A stretch of 62,919 nucleotides of DNA, counting the filler, from Globobulimina sp. (taxonomy: Eukaryota): the NCBI GenBank assembly GCA_003354225.1. It is 30 parts of 30 records of this genome, joined end to end, with 100 filler letters (N's around TTAATTAATTAA, not from the genome) between each part and the next. Parts side by side here need not be neighbours in the genome. Positions count along the whole stretch, not along the records: positions 1 to 2,002 come from PIVH01009840.1; positions 2,103 to 4,104 come from PIVH01009841.1; positions 4,205 to 6,206 come from PIVH01009842.1; positions 6,307 to 8,308 come from PIVH01009843.1; positions 8,409 to 10,410 come from PIVH01009844.1; 25 more parts are not named here. One strand, 5' to 3'. Made by a program: the position numbers and the translations under genes. The notes under the pieces are model-generated. The model worked only from the letters and a program-made list of their open reading frames with translations, searched no databases and had not been told where the DNA came from. Positions 1 to 10,510 of this stretch are shown here, one piece after another. The first letter of the stretch is position 1. The number at the start of each line of letters is the position of its first letter.

Positions 1-197
1 GTTATGTCTTTTGCTTTAGTGCTGGGAATAACTGCTGGTTCATCTACTACTCTCTTATTAAATAAATTGATATAATATCATATGTATAATTTTTAATATT
101 CGTTCTTAGTAATTTGAAGAAGACATTTTAATTTAATTTTCATGATCTGACAGAAAACTGTAAAAACAGTCGTACTTAAAAAGTTACTTTTGCAATC

Positions 198-1270
198 ATG
201 GCCGAACAAAAACTGGATGAAAAAGAGAAACTAGAGTTGTTATTATGTGATTGTCATCACTTATCCACTGAAAAAACGATAAATATCCAAAGATCAAAAA
301 TGTCAGTACAAAAATTTGTAGATATTGCCAAAAAAGATATGGGTTTAACTAAAACCATCAAAATATATCGTGAGAATGGTGTGGAATTAACATCATCCAA
401 TTTATACAGAATATGTAATAATGATACATTATATGTTTCTAATGGTAAAAGATTGGACGAATCACTTGAATCAATATCACTTTGTGTGATGGGTGCTGGC
501 GCAGTAGGTAATGTTTTGATATATTTCCATATAATATTACATTCTATGATATATTAATACAATTAAAGGGAAATCAGCGATAACATTACGATTTATTCAA
601 GGTCACTTTGTAGAAAATTATGACCCAACGATAGAAGATGCATATCGTAAACAGGTCGATGTCGATGGTAATCAATTATTGATAGATATACTGGATACGG
701 CCGGACAGGAAGATTTTGAATGTCTTCGCACCCAATGGATGAAAGACAAAGATGCCTTTGTTTTGGTGTTCAGCATTGTGCGCCAAGCATCATTGACAAA
801 ATTAAAAGATTATTATGACGGCATTGCTGAAGTATACGATGATGGCAATGCTGAAGTACCACCAATAATATTAGTTGGCAATAAAGTTGATTTGGATAAA
901 AATCATATCGCTCATATCAGTGAGGAAACTGATGTGACACACAATTATTGTGATTCACAGGAAAATGGCCAACAAGAAACCCCTGAAAGGAAAGTTACAA
1001 TGGAAGAGGCTGTGGAATTTGGCAAGAAAATTGGTGTTGTTCATTATGTTGAAACCAGTGCAAAATCAGGTATTTTATATCAATTATATAATATGTCATG
1101 TGTTTATGTATAAATATGTACATTATATAGGGTATAATGTTGAAAATATGATTGGTAAAATAGTTCGACATTTAGTAAATCGGAAATATAGAAGTGATCA
1201 GAGGAAATATGGTAGGAAAACGACCACTGTTGAAACAACAAAGTGGTGGGCAAAGTGCCAAATCTTGTAA
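198..1270 (+). CDS. Ras-family small GTPase with N-terminal KHA/DCX-like extension; 3 exons (198-507, 569-1069, 1131-1270)
   Basis: Removing two 61-nt GT-AG introns gives GAGAVGKSA, effector loop YDPTIEDAYRK, DTAGQE, NKVD, ETSAK and C-terminal CAAX (CQIL). Confidence 0.93.
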
Positions 1271-1360
1271 TATTTTGTTTAGATATTTTCATTTGTACGT
1301 TTGGTTTGAGTGCTTTTTGTTTCATTCATTAAACATACTTTGGTTTATCCTTGCGCAAAG

Positions 1361-2002
1361 ATGGAGATTGATGAAGAGGAAAAACTTGGTCATAATGACG
1401 GATGTATGACGGTGAGTGAGCCGGAAAAGATATTTTATTGCAGAGGTATTAATGATATACATGGACATGGCTTAGACCCGGTGTTATTCTCAACGGTTAA
1501 GGTGTTAATTAGGGATTTAAATAATGCTAAAAGTGTTAGCAATGCCAATTATAATCAACATGGATATGACGCAAATACAATGATGCCATGTTATGAATTA
1601 TATGTTGTTCATTATTTTCTCACTGTTTATATGTTTATAATAATCAGTTTTTAAATTATATCATCGATTTATTTCAAGTGTAAAGATAACAGGATTTATC
1701 ATAGAGGTTAAAATTAAGGATAAATATACAATGTACACAGTGGATGATAGCACAGGAACTGTAAACTGTAAATCATGGATAAAATCATCAAACCAAAATT
1801 CAAATAAATGGAAAATCGGACACTGGGTAAAAATTGAAGGCAAAGTGAATTGTTTTATGCATTCAATTGAAGTGAATATTGAATTAATACAATCGATCAT
1901 TGATCCAAGTGAGGAGTTACTACATTGGTTAGAATGTGCTAATATTGTCAACAATGTATTGCAAAAAACATTGAAATATCCCATCGAGCCCCAAACAATC
2001 AA
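1361..2002 (+). CDS. STN1: CST complex subunit STN1 (OB fold), 3' truncated; intron 1590-1647
   Basis: GLDPVLFSTVKVLIRDL, YTVDDSTGTVNCKSW and DPSEELLHWLE resemble STN1 N-terminal OB-fold motifs; a 58-nt GT-AG intron restores the frame. Confidence 0.8.
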
Positions 2003-2102
2003 NNNNNNNNNNNNNNNNNNNNNNNNNNNNNNNNNNNNNNNNNNNNTTAATTAATTAANNNNNNNNNNNNNNNNNNNNNNNNNNNNNNNNNNNNNNNNNN
2101 NN
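2003..2102. other. Artificial contig spacer (first of 29 identical spacers)
   Basis: 44 N + TTAATTAATTAA (stop in all six frames) + 44 N recurs about every 2.1 kb; intervening contig lengths fall 2002, 2001, 2000, 1999. Confidence 0.99.
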
Positions 2103-2702
2103 AGCAGTTTTATTTGCGATTTCTATGCAGCGAGTTCAGCAAACAGTGAATATGAGGCCCGAAAATTGAATGACTGTATCAAAAAATTGGATAGAAATGA
2201 TCTCATTGATATTGTTCGATTTGCAATGACAAAGCATAAAGATATTAGAGACATGGTAGCAGTCAGAATGTCGGAAATAGAATCTGAATCTACGGATTTT
2301 TTGCTCCAAGAATTTCAATATAGAATCAAGGAATTAGTGGAGAAGTTTAGTAAACTAACATGTGAACAACAATTGAATGCAACGGATGCGTTTGTTGACA
2401 ATGTATCAGATATGATATTTGAGGCTAAACATATTAGTTCTGGAAACCAACACATTTCGATGCAAGTGCTCATTCTAATGGCAGAAGCAATCAATAGCCA
2501 CCGAATTGGATCCAATATACGAAAATCAATTGACTCGATGCGAATTAATGATACCATCATATTTACAATGAAAGTTTTGCTACAAAGCAAAGAAATTAAA
2601 AGCAATGCATCCTATTATGAATCTATCCAAAAAATACAATCACAAAAGCGAAATGAATTTGATTCTGTGTTGTCACTTTTTGCTATATTTACTGAGATTT
2701 AA
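2103..2702 (+). CDS. Hypothetical protein, 5' truncated
   Basis: Open frame of at least 178 aa to TAA; no motif recognised. Confidence 0.5.
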   Translation, partial: SSFICDFYAASSANSEYEARKLNDCIKKLDRNDLIDIVRFAMTKHKDIRDMVAVRMSEIESESTDFLLQEFQYRIKELVEKFSKLTCEQQLNATDAFVDNVSDMIFEAKHISSGNQHISMQVLILMAEAINSHRIGSNIRKSIDSMRINDTIIFTMKVLLQSKEIKSNASYYESIQKIQSQKRNEFDSVLSLFAIFTEI

Positions 2703-2792
2703 CTCATTTGACCCAATATTTTTTTTGTTGCTATATTTAATGTTGAAAAGTGGAGTTTTTTTTTAAGTTTTTTTTTAGTACCTACAATACTA

Positions 2793-3842
2793 ATGATGTC
2801 GTGCGAAAGTGAAGAGAAATTATCATATCAACTGGAACCCTTACAACATGAAATAAGATTGGATGAATTAACAGAACTTACAGAAGCACGCACAATAATG
2901 GTATATCACCATCTTTATACTTAAAATTTTAGACTCGTCCCTGACGGAGGCAACATTACTGCCGAAACGTCGGACTTTTAACAATTAAACAAATAATACA
3001 CATTCAAGGTATATCACCCGCATGCAATACTTTTTGAAGAACACAAAACAAGCCATGGTACAGTAATTGCAATACGTGAAATAATTGAACCAACGAACAT
3101 TGAATTTTCGACAAAATTTCGTTCCTCAGTGGATGTGTCACGTTTAATATGTTCCGGAGATTTAGTTTGTAAGATTAATGAAACAAATATTGAACCAAAT
3201 ACACCCTACAAGCAATTTGAAATAATATTAAATCAACAGTTTAAAAAAGCAAACAATAAGCCAGTTAGTATTACGATCCTTAAAACCTCAGACAAAAAGC
3301 ATGGTAAATTACGCAATGCGTCGACTGTTCGAAATGCACTGAAATGGAAATCTCAGCAAGCAGCGCGATACAAAGACCCACGCAATGTATTAAAACGTCG
3401 TTTAGATTCAATTTACATTCAACTATTTATCTTTATACTAATTATCATCGATTTATGTATCTTTGCAGTGGGCGAGGCAGCAAATACAGCTCTAAGCCAA
3501 CAGGACATTGCAATTATAACCTTTATAATATTGGCTATTTATGTGAGTGAAATATTATTGCGTATCTATGCAATGAGAGCAGAAATCTTCTTCAAAGACC
3601 CATTGGAAGTGTTGGACTTAATTGTTGTTATGGCCTCATTCATATTGAATTTAGTGGAATATAGTTCAGCTGCTATGTTTGTTCGAGCAGCTCGATCATT
3701 GCGCGCTTTTCGAGTGTTGCGAATATTCCGATCTTTTAGATTATGTGTTCGGACTTCAAAAACATTACGCAATGCACCGAGGAGTATCCGTCAAGTGGTC
3801 CGACTAAACAAACAGGGATACCATGATGACGAATTTGATTTG
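2793..3842 (+). CDS. Voltage-sensing phosphatase (VSP/TPTE-like), N-terminal part: PDZ-like domain + S1-S4 sensor + linker; intron 2901-3008
   Basis: Four hydrophobic helices; S4 RAARSLRAFRVLRIFRSFR; RQVVRLNKQGYHDDEFDL resembles the VSP/PTEN linker (VSxNKRRYxxDGFDL); upstream ICSGDLVCKINETNI is PDZ-like. Confidence 0.85.
2900..3018 (+). mobile_element. Candidate intron-forming insertion flanked by 11-nt direct repeat GGTATATCACC
   Basis: Repeat at 2900-2910 and 3008-3018; 2901-3008 begins GT, ends AG, contains an in-frame stop, and its removal joins two in-frame exons. Confidence 0.65.
2937..2975 (+). ncRNA. Minimal type I hammerhead-ribozyme-like motif
   Basis: GTCC-CTGACGGA-GGCA(ACATTAC)TGCC-GAAAC-GTC-GGAC: stem I, near-consensus core, stem II, GAAA, loopless palindromic stem III, GUC triplet; core differs from CUGANGA by one nucleotide. 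Confidence 0.65.
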
Positions 3843-4049
3843 TTCTCATAGTTGCAAATAAATCAATAGCTTCCGAAGGTTTTGCATCCGTATACCGATA
3901 TAATAGCCACGCACAAATCATTGTACCTGTTCGACCTTTGCCTCCTTTACAATGTATAGCCACACAATTATCGTCGTGTCGGTCCAACCATTCACTGATT
4001 CCATTGCAAAGTTTAAACATATTTGATATAGTTGGTACGCCATGATCTG
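3840..4049 (-). CDS. PTEN-like phosphatase exon of the same VSP gene, inverted
   Basis: DHGVPTISNMFKLC...AIHCKGGKGRTGTMICAWLLY...RT; preceded by intron-like AT-rich sequence ending AG. Confidence 0.9.
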
Positions 4050-4590
4050 CTCACAAAATATATAAACAATATATACATAAATATATATAGATAAATCATA
4101 CAAANNNNNNNNNNNNNNNNNNNNNNNNNNNNNNNNNNNNNNNNNNNNTTAATTAATTAANNNNNNNNNNNNNNNNNNNNNNNNNNNNNNNNNNNNNNNN
4201 NNNNAAACAAGAAAATATTCCAAAACCGGAATCTATGAAAATTCTTCGAAAAATAAAAATTGATTCATAGCACACTATTTATATTAAACATATTGTTTCA
4301 ATCAATATTTATATTTAACCATCACATTGCTACCATAAACACAGAGAACATGCACAAATTTGGTTACTTTTACTTTCAAATTTGTACATGTTTATGGTCT
4401 CAAACGTCAAATCGTCGAACCCAAAACGTTTCGTGAAGTGATCTGGTCATCTCCTTACACTTCAATTAGTTTACGGTGTGTCAATAGTCTGAGAAACAAA
4501 GTATGTATTTTGGACCAGGAGAGAATCCACTTTGAAAAAGCGTAGACCTTACATGATATACATATATATATATACACTATATTTTAATTA

Positions 4591-4980
4591 TTATATTTGA
4601 TTTTGTTGATCATCATTAACATCATTTGTTTCAATTAATTTATAATTTTGATTTTTACCAATTTCAGCAGCGAATTTACCAAAATAACAACCAATATAAG
4701 CAATCATAGCATTTCAACCAATGCAAAATGCACAACATACACAAAATATAATTATTCCAACAACCATAACAATAACTTGTGTAATTAATGCTATATCATC
4801 AGACACGAACACATCTTGATTTTGCACATAATCGTCATTATCGTCATATAATTGATCACCAAAATCATCCTGATTTGCACCAAATGTTCTCTTACTTAAC
4901 GCAGCACCATATTTAGTCAAAGAATTACCAAATAATGATAAAGAATTACCAAAACTCTTCAAAGAATTACCAAATTCCTT
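4591..4980 (-). CDS. Single-pass membrane protein fragment with in-frame TGA at 4714-4716
   Basis: FGNSL repeats, hydrophobic Cys-rich helix; frame continues 40 codons past TGA to TAA. Confidence 0.45.
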
Positions 4981-5756
4981 GTTTTATATATATGCGACAA
5001 TGATATGTTCAATTTTACTTATTTCAGTGTAAAAATACCTCATTTTCCTTTGTCATTGGTCGAGAACTGCCAGATTGAACCTGTGGTTCTTTTACAATTT
5101 CTACTTTTTTTAATTTAGGCGGCTTAGCCAATGCTGAAAGTAAAGACTTCTTCGCCAATGCGGTTTTCCTATCCATGCATTTCCCACCAAAACATTTCCC
5201 CACCGACCTGCTTTTAACACAAAAACATTTACTTCCAACTAATTATAGAAACAATTTAATTATTGTAAAATACTAAAATTATATGCAATTAAACATACGT
5301 TTCTGGAAACAATCTTGTTTGGTGGAACAAGCTTCAGTTTTGTAAGCAATTTCTGTGGCTGATTTTGGACTTTGTGGTATTGGGGCTTTCTTTTTTCCTT
5401 TTCTTTTTAACAAATATTTTGCCCATTTAAATTTGGTCATACATGAACCTGAAAATGGCGGATTATCCATACATATTCCTTCACTAAAATGTCCGTGTTC
5501 GGTATCACATTCACATTTAGAATGGTGAGCTGTATGTGTGTCAAATTGTACATGTCAATGCGATTATATTATGCATACAGTATTATGTATTACCTGTTTG
5601 TGCGCAATCTCTGCCGGTTCTGCAAGCGTCTCCAGCAAATTTTATGGATGATGTTACTGCAAACAATACTAAACACAATAATGCTGCTTCTCTCATTAAT
5701 CTCATGGTTTGAAGTAAAGACTAGCCGGTCACTTCGAAAAAGGTTTAGCATTTTAT

Positions 5757-6149
5757 ATGGACAGCATTAGTTCTACTGATTATGCTGCGCCTCTGGAGCT
5801 GGCGTTTGTAACTAACTCTAATGATAGCACCACTGCTGTAAAAAGTTTATTTAAAGAATTAAATTTAGGTATATTTGATCCAGAATTTAAATGTAACGTC
5901 AGTTTGATGATTGAGTGGATCTGCACGAATAACACTAACGACGATTTTATTAAACATGTGTTGGAAGCATCAATAAAACATGATGTCAATATCATATCTA
6001 TGTTACAATTTATAGTTAAATCATACCCAAAACAAGGAAATTTTGACGATAAGTACCAAGTTGCTTTGACTCGTTTGAGGCATTGTGTTTTCGAGAAAGC
6101 ATGCAAACGATTTAAATTTACGTTGAACTTTTCTTTTGTGAGCCAGTGA
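5757..6149 (+). CDS. Hypothetical protein
   Basis: 130-aa ATG ORF, no motif recognised. Confidence 0.4.
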   Translation: MDSISSTDYAAPLELAFVTNSNDSTTAVKSLFKELNLGIFDPEFKCNVSLMIEWICTNNTNDDFIKHVLEASIKHDVNIISMLQFIVKSYPKQGNFDDKYQVALTRLRHCVFEKACKRFKFTLNFSFVSQ

Positions 6150-6306
6150 GTCGTTCAGTACAAGTCATTGAGAGCAACGCTATTTGTTACAAGTAACCCT
6201 TTAACANNNNNNNNNNNNNNNNNNNNNNNNNNNNNNNNNNNNNNNNNNNNTTAATTAATTAANNNNNNNNNNNNNNNNNNNNNNNNNNNNNNNNNNNNNN
6301 NNNNNN

Positions 6307-6666
6307 TTGTTTTGAGTCTTTCTATGCTCCGTTTGTCCAAATAATCAAGAATATGACATACTGATTCTTTTGATAGTGATGAAAATAAATCACTCTCATT
6401 TTCAGTATTTTTGCTGGATGTGCATCTTTATATTTTCTTTTCTGTCTGATAATAATATCACAAATAGGTTGTAATTTAGGCTCTTTTGCATTGGCTATAA
6501 TTAAATTAAGAATAGATTTGATTCCAAAGAGTGGAATTATTTTTTGTAAGCATTCATTCATAACTTCGGAGTTAGTATCTTCATCATCTAACAATCGATT
6601 TGCTTGCAACTGTTTTATTAAATGGTTCCTTCCCAAATATCGTTTTTTTAAGTTTGATGTGTACAT
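6307..6666 (-). CDS. F-box-like protein, frameshifted and truncated
   Basis: A frame shift at the A5 run near 6410 gives DLFSSLSKESVCHILDYLD (F-box-like). Confidence 0.45.
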
Positions 6667-6734
6667 TAAAATATGGAGGGAGCTAGTTTTTACTTTGGTT
6701 AAGTTTTAAATTAATTGTTATAACATATTGGATC

Positions 6735-8308
6735 ATGAATGCGTATCAGCAAGATATCAATGGAATTCTTCAGAATTTAATGCAATACATTGACAACGCG
6801 ACGTCAGCGAATGAGTTACATCCATTGATGGAAATAATGCCTTTAGATTTAATCAAACAATGCATCAAACAAAGAATTATAGAATTGCATAATGTTGTGA
6901 CATCATCACCAAATAATACCAATAATATATACAGTCCAATATGTTCTGCTCAATACAATGAAATGAGAAAATATGCATTAAGTATCTCTCCAATTACAGA
7001 CATTTTATCCACAGACATAATAATTCATACTTTATCATTTTTAACTACCAAACCGTTGCCAATATCAATTGAGTCATATGACGACGACCAGGATTATGAT
7101 TGTGACTACTTTTGTGACCAAAAAGCTTTTGTGAGATATTTACAGTTTCTACCAACATTATCAAAAGCATTCAAATCCATAATGAATCACAGTTATTTTT
7201 ATGGTTCAAAATATCCGCTAATTATTCACGATATTGACTATAAACCAATAAATAAACCGGACATTCCAAATTTTGATCCAACTCCAGTTCATATTTACGC
7301 AGCACATTGGGCTTAGAAATTATTCATTGCCAATACAATGTGCGTCCCAATACAATGGATTCCACCGTGCCGTGGAGAGATCGAACGAAAGTGATCATTC
7401 AATGCAATATGTTACATTTCAAAACAGCAAATCCAAATATTTTGAGCGTTTTAACCCAAATAAATCCAAAGTTAATGTATGTTGGTGGTTACGCTCCAGA
7501 ATTGCGATTAAAAACGTATCCAACATTTCGTAATGTTGTATTTTTATCAGTAAATAATTTGGATTTCCGTAACATGGCATGGTTGAATGCGGCAATTCTG
7601 AAAATGAGAATTCCTTTTAACATAACGTCGGCGAAGCAGTTTAATGCAGGCCTTAATTCGTTGAATTTATACGCATTGCATTTGACGGACAATCGTTGGA
7701 ATGTCTTAACAAAATTGGATTTGACAATATCAATGCCAGAGTTGCAATTTTTGGCTTTTGGGTCAGATTTGAATGTTCCTCATTTTGATAATAATGCAGC
7801 AGCAGAACCAGTACAGGCATCGTTTTTGAAAACATTAGATTTGAGTAAATGTGTTAGTTTGCTTGGAATTCATTTTTTTATGAAAGTTCCTTTTAGCTCA
7901 ATTGTATGGAATAAAGAATATCCATTGAAATTTGTCAATGTTGCTGCTGATGACAGGTTGGAGAAACAAGATGTTTCATACTGTACAGAGTGGTATAATG
8001 CATATGAAAATGGAGGGATTTGTAGTGATATGGTGATTGGACATTGTTTTTTCAAAACAGCAGCGAAAGTGTATAGGTGGCGTTTTTTACCGAGAAAACA
8101 TGGAATTGCGACGAGATTTAGCGCATTTGCAGAAAACGAGGGAAATAATGAAAGGAAAAGGTGTAAAAAGCGAAGATCGATGGACTTTGATGAATTGGTG
8201 GAATATATTGGAAATAAGTCAAATATTGGATGGTGTCAGTTTACTGAGAATGCATTGTTGAGTGAAGCATATTTTGTCAAACAAATCGCAAAAAATGTTC
8301 CAAGAAAA
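6735..8308 (+). CDS. F-box-like/LRR-like protein with apparent frameshift near 7310
   Basis: ITDILSTDIIIHTLSFL is F-box-like; two long ORFs overlap at 7307-7316. Confidence 0.5.
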
Positions 8309-8408
8309 NNNNNNNNNNNNNNNNNNNNNNNNNNNNNNNNNNNNNNNNNNNNTTAATTAATTAANNNNNNNNNNNNNNNNNNNNNNNNNNNNNNNNNNNN
8401 NNNNNNNN

Positions 8409-9089
8409 AAATAGTTTTTCTGCGGGATACGTTTTACCATTAACTGCCGTTAATTCATTTTTTATTCGAATGCGTTGCCGTTGGGTTTGTGTTTGTGAAT
8501 TATTAAATTGTTGCAATGTTTTTTCATCAAATTCATCTGATTTAACTTCAAGTTTTTTATGATTTTTTTTCAAATTTTCTTTGTTATAATTGTCATTCTC
8601 TTGGTCATGAAACTCATCATCTTCTTCCTGGTCGGAGTAACAAATTTGGTCCTCATACAACGACATTTTGAACCTCTCAAAAAGCATCCACGTATTTTTT
8701 TGTGTTGTTGCCAAGTTCATATATCTGTAATTAAAATATTACTGTATTTTATTATTGTGTATATTTATGCATTGGTTAATTAACGTGAATTTTGCATCCA
8801 TTCCGAATGAGACTGCATCGCCTTTGTCATCGAGCAATATGATAGTTTTGGGTTTAACAACATCGCCATATTTCTTTGAATTCCATCTAGAATGTACATA
8901 AACCTCTTCATTTATGGCGTATGCCAAACCTTATTAATATTTTTATTGCCATTATTACAATGTTCAATGTTGCATGTTTATTGTTTATACCATACCTAGC
9001 CCATCAGTGCCAAAATCAATAGCAATATACACTTTGAACTTTGCTTTATCTGCTGGCTTGACGTAAGAGTGTGAAGGTGACGAGGTCAT
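8409..9089 (-). CDS. HSP70 superfamily (HSPA12-like) protein, N-terminal part; introns 8930-8995 and 8725-8784
   Basis: Spliced IAIDFGTDGLGLAYA...KPKTIILLD...FGMDA...LFERFKMSLY. Confidence 0.8.
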
Positions 9090-9321
9090 TATAGGGATTT
9101 CCGATACTGTTTTTTTTTTTAACTTTAAACTGTTTTTCAGTCAATATTAAACTGTTAGATATACCATTGATTATTTTATGGGATATAATAGTTGTATTTG
9201 AAATTATCTTTGTATACTACTTATTTGAAATTATGGAATACACAAAAGGCCAGGAAATGAACGACTATTGAAAGAATGGTTATAATTCAAATTAAGCAAA
9301 CATCAAACCTATCCATAAAAA

Positions 9322-10410
9322 TTACGCAAGAGTCAATGATTTTATTATTTTGAATGTTTTTGAAATGTATTTGCTTGGAACACCGAATATATGCAGTGTT
9401 ATTTCATCTAACGTCTGCAATTTAATCCCATCAATCTCATGCTGTTTCAATTGACTTGCAATGGATTGAATTCCTATAAACTGGTGATTCTTTGCCCATT
9501 GGTATACATGATTTGCATTCCATGCATCAACAGACTTTCTATCCAATATTGTTACTTCATTCCTATCCATTCTTTGTGGTGAGGCTTGCGATATTATTTG
9601 CGGTCTTGTTGTTGGTGGTGCTTTTAACAAAGACATAAAGATACTGTTCGAGCTCCTGTTGCTATTGATATTGCCATTGCTGCTTACTTTTGATTCTACA
9701 GATTTATTGCTAATGCTTTTTGGAGTATGGATTTGTGTTTGATGCGTATTGTTTGATGACAGTTGGATTTGTTGCTGACGATTCTTATATACTGAATTGG
9801 TTGTTTGTTCCCATGTTAACGTAGACGATGCCGTCTGATATGAATTGGAATGAAATCTATCCCTTATTTGCGCATTTTCAATTCTTAATTCTTGTATTTC
9901 TTTATTATAATTATCCATAGTTTCCAATTGATGCTGCACCACATTGTGTTCTGTTGACAAATCATTTTGTAAATCTTGAATCATTTCAATTAAATCATTT
10001 TTATTATATTTTCCCAACATATTGCCATCGGAAATAACATTTCTTTTTGAATCTGAAAAATCAGATTTTAAGATTTTAAATGCTTCGTTTTTCTGTTTTG
10101 TGGTGATTTCTAATTCTTGGCTTAATACAATATTTTCATCACTTATTTTCCGATTTATTATCTCATATTCATCCACTTTTTCCTTCAAAATAACATTGTT
10201 CTCTTCAAAATTCTTTATAATTTCACTTAATTTATTTTTTTTATTTTTATACCAATCCAAACTGTTTAATGATTTTTTTAGAAAACCTGATGTTTTGATG
10301 AAATTTTGTTTTATTAATTCTCTCTCTGCGGTTAAATCTGACATTTGATGTTTTAAAATGCCAATACATTCTCTGCTATCTTTTAGTTGTAAACATAATT
10401 TTGATTCTCT
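9322..10410 (-). CDS. Coiled-coil protein with C-terminal SAM domain
   Basis: WNANHVYQWA...LKQHEIDGIKLQTLDEITLHIFGV. Confidence 0.75.
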   Translation of the reverse strand, partial: RESKLCLQLKDSRECIGILKHQMSDLTAERELIKQNFIKTSGFLKKSLNSLDWYKNKKNKLSEIIKNFEENNVILKEKVDEYEIINRKISDENIVLSQELEITTKQKNEAFKILKSDFSDSKRNVISDGNMLGKYNKNDLIEMIQDLQNDLSTEHNVVQHQLETMDNYNKEIQELRIENAQIRDRFHSNSYQTASSTLTWEQTTNSVYKNRQQQIQLSSNNTHQTQIHTPKSISNKSVESKVSSNGNINSNRSSNSIFMSLLKAPPTTRPQIISQASPQRMDRNEVTILDRKSVDAWNANHVYQWAKNHQFIGIQSIASQLKQHEIDGIKLQTLDEITLHIFGVPSKYISKTFKIIKSLTLA

Positions 10411-10510
10411 NNNNNNNNNNNNNNNNNNNNNNNNNNNNNNNNNNNNNNNNNNNNTTAATTAATTAANNNNNNNNNNNNNNNNNNNNNNNNNNNNNNNNNN
10501 NNNNNNNNNN

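Noticed and set aside
2047-2058. Regularly spaced TTAATTAATTAA as a biological repeat
   Set aside because: Always centred in N runs; an assembly spacer. ORF ends such as XXXLIN are artefacts
4420-4475. Second hammerhead on the minus strand (TGAAGTG/CACTTCA stem then CGAAACGTT)
   Set aside because: No CUGANGA core and no convincing stem I
4714-4716. Genome-wide UGA reassignment
   Set aside because: TGA terminates several otherwise complete genes and Trp is encoded by TGG in conserved proteins
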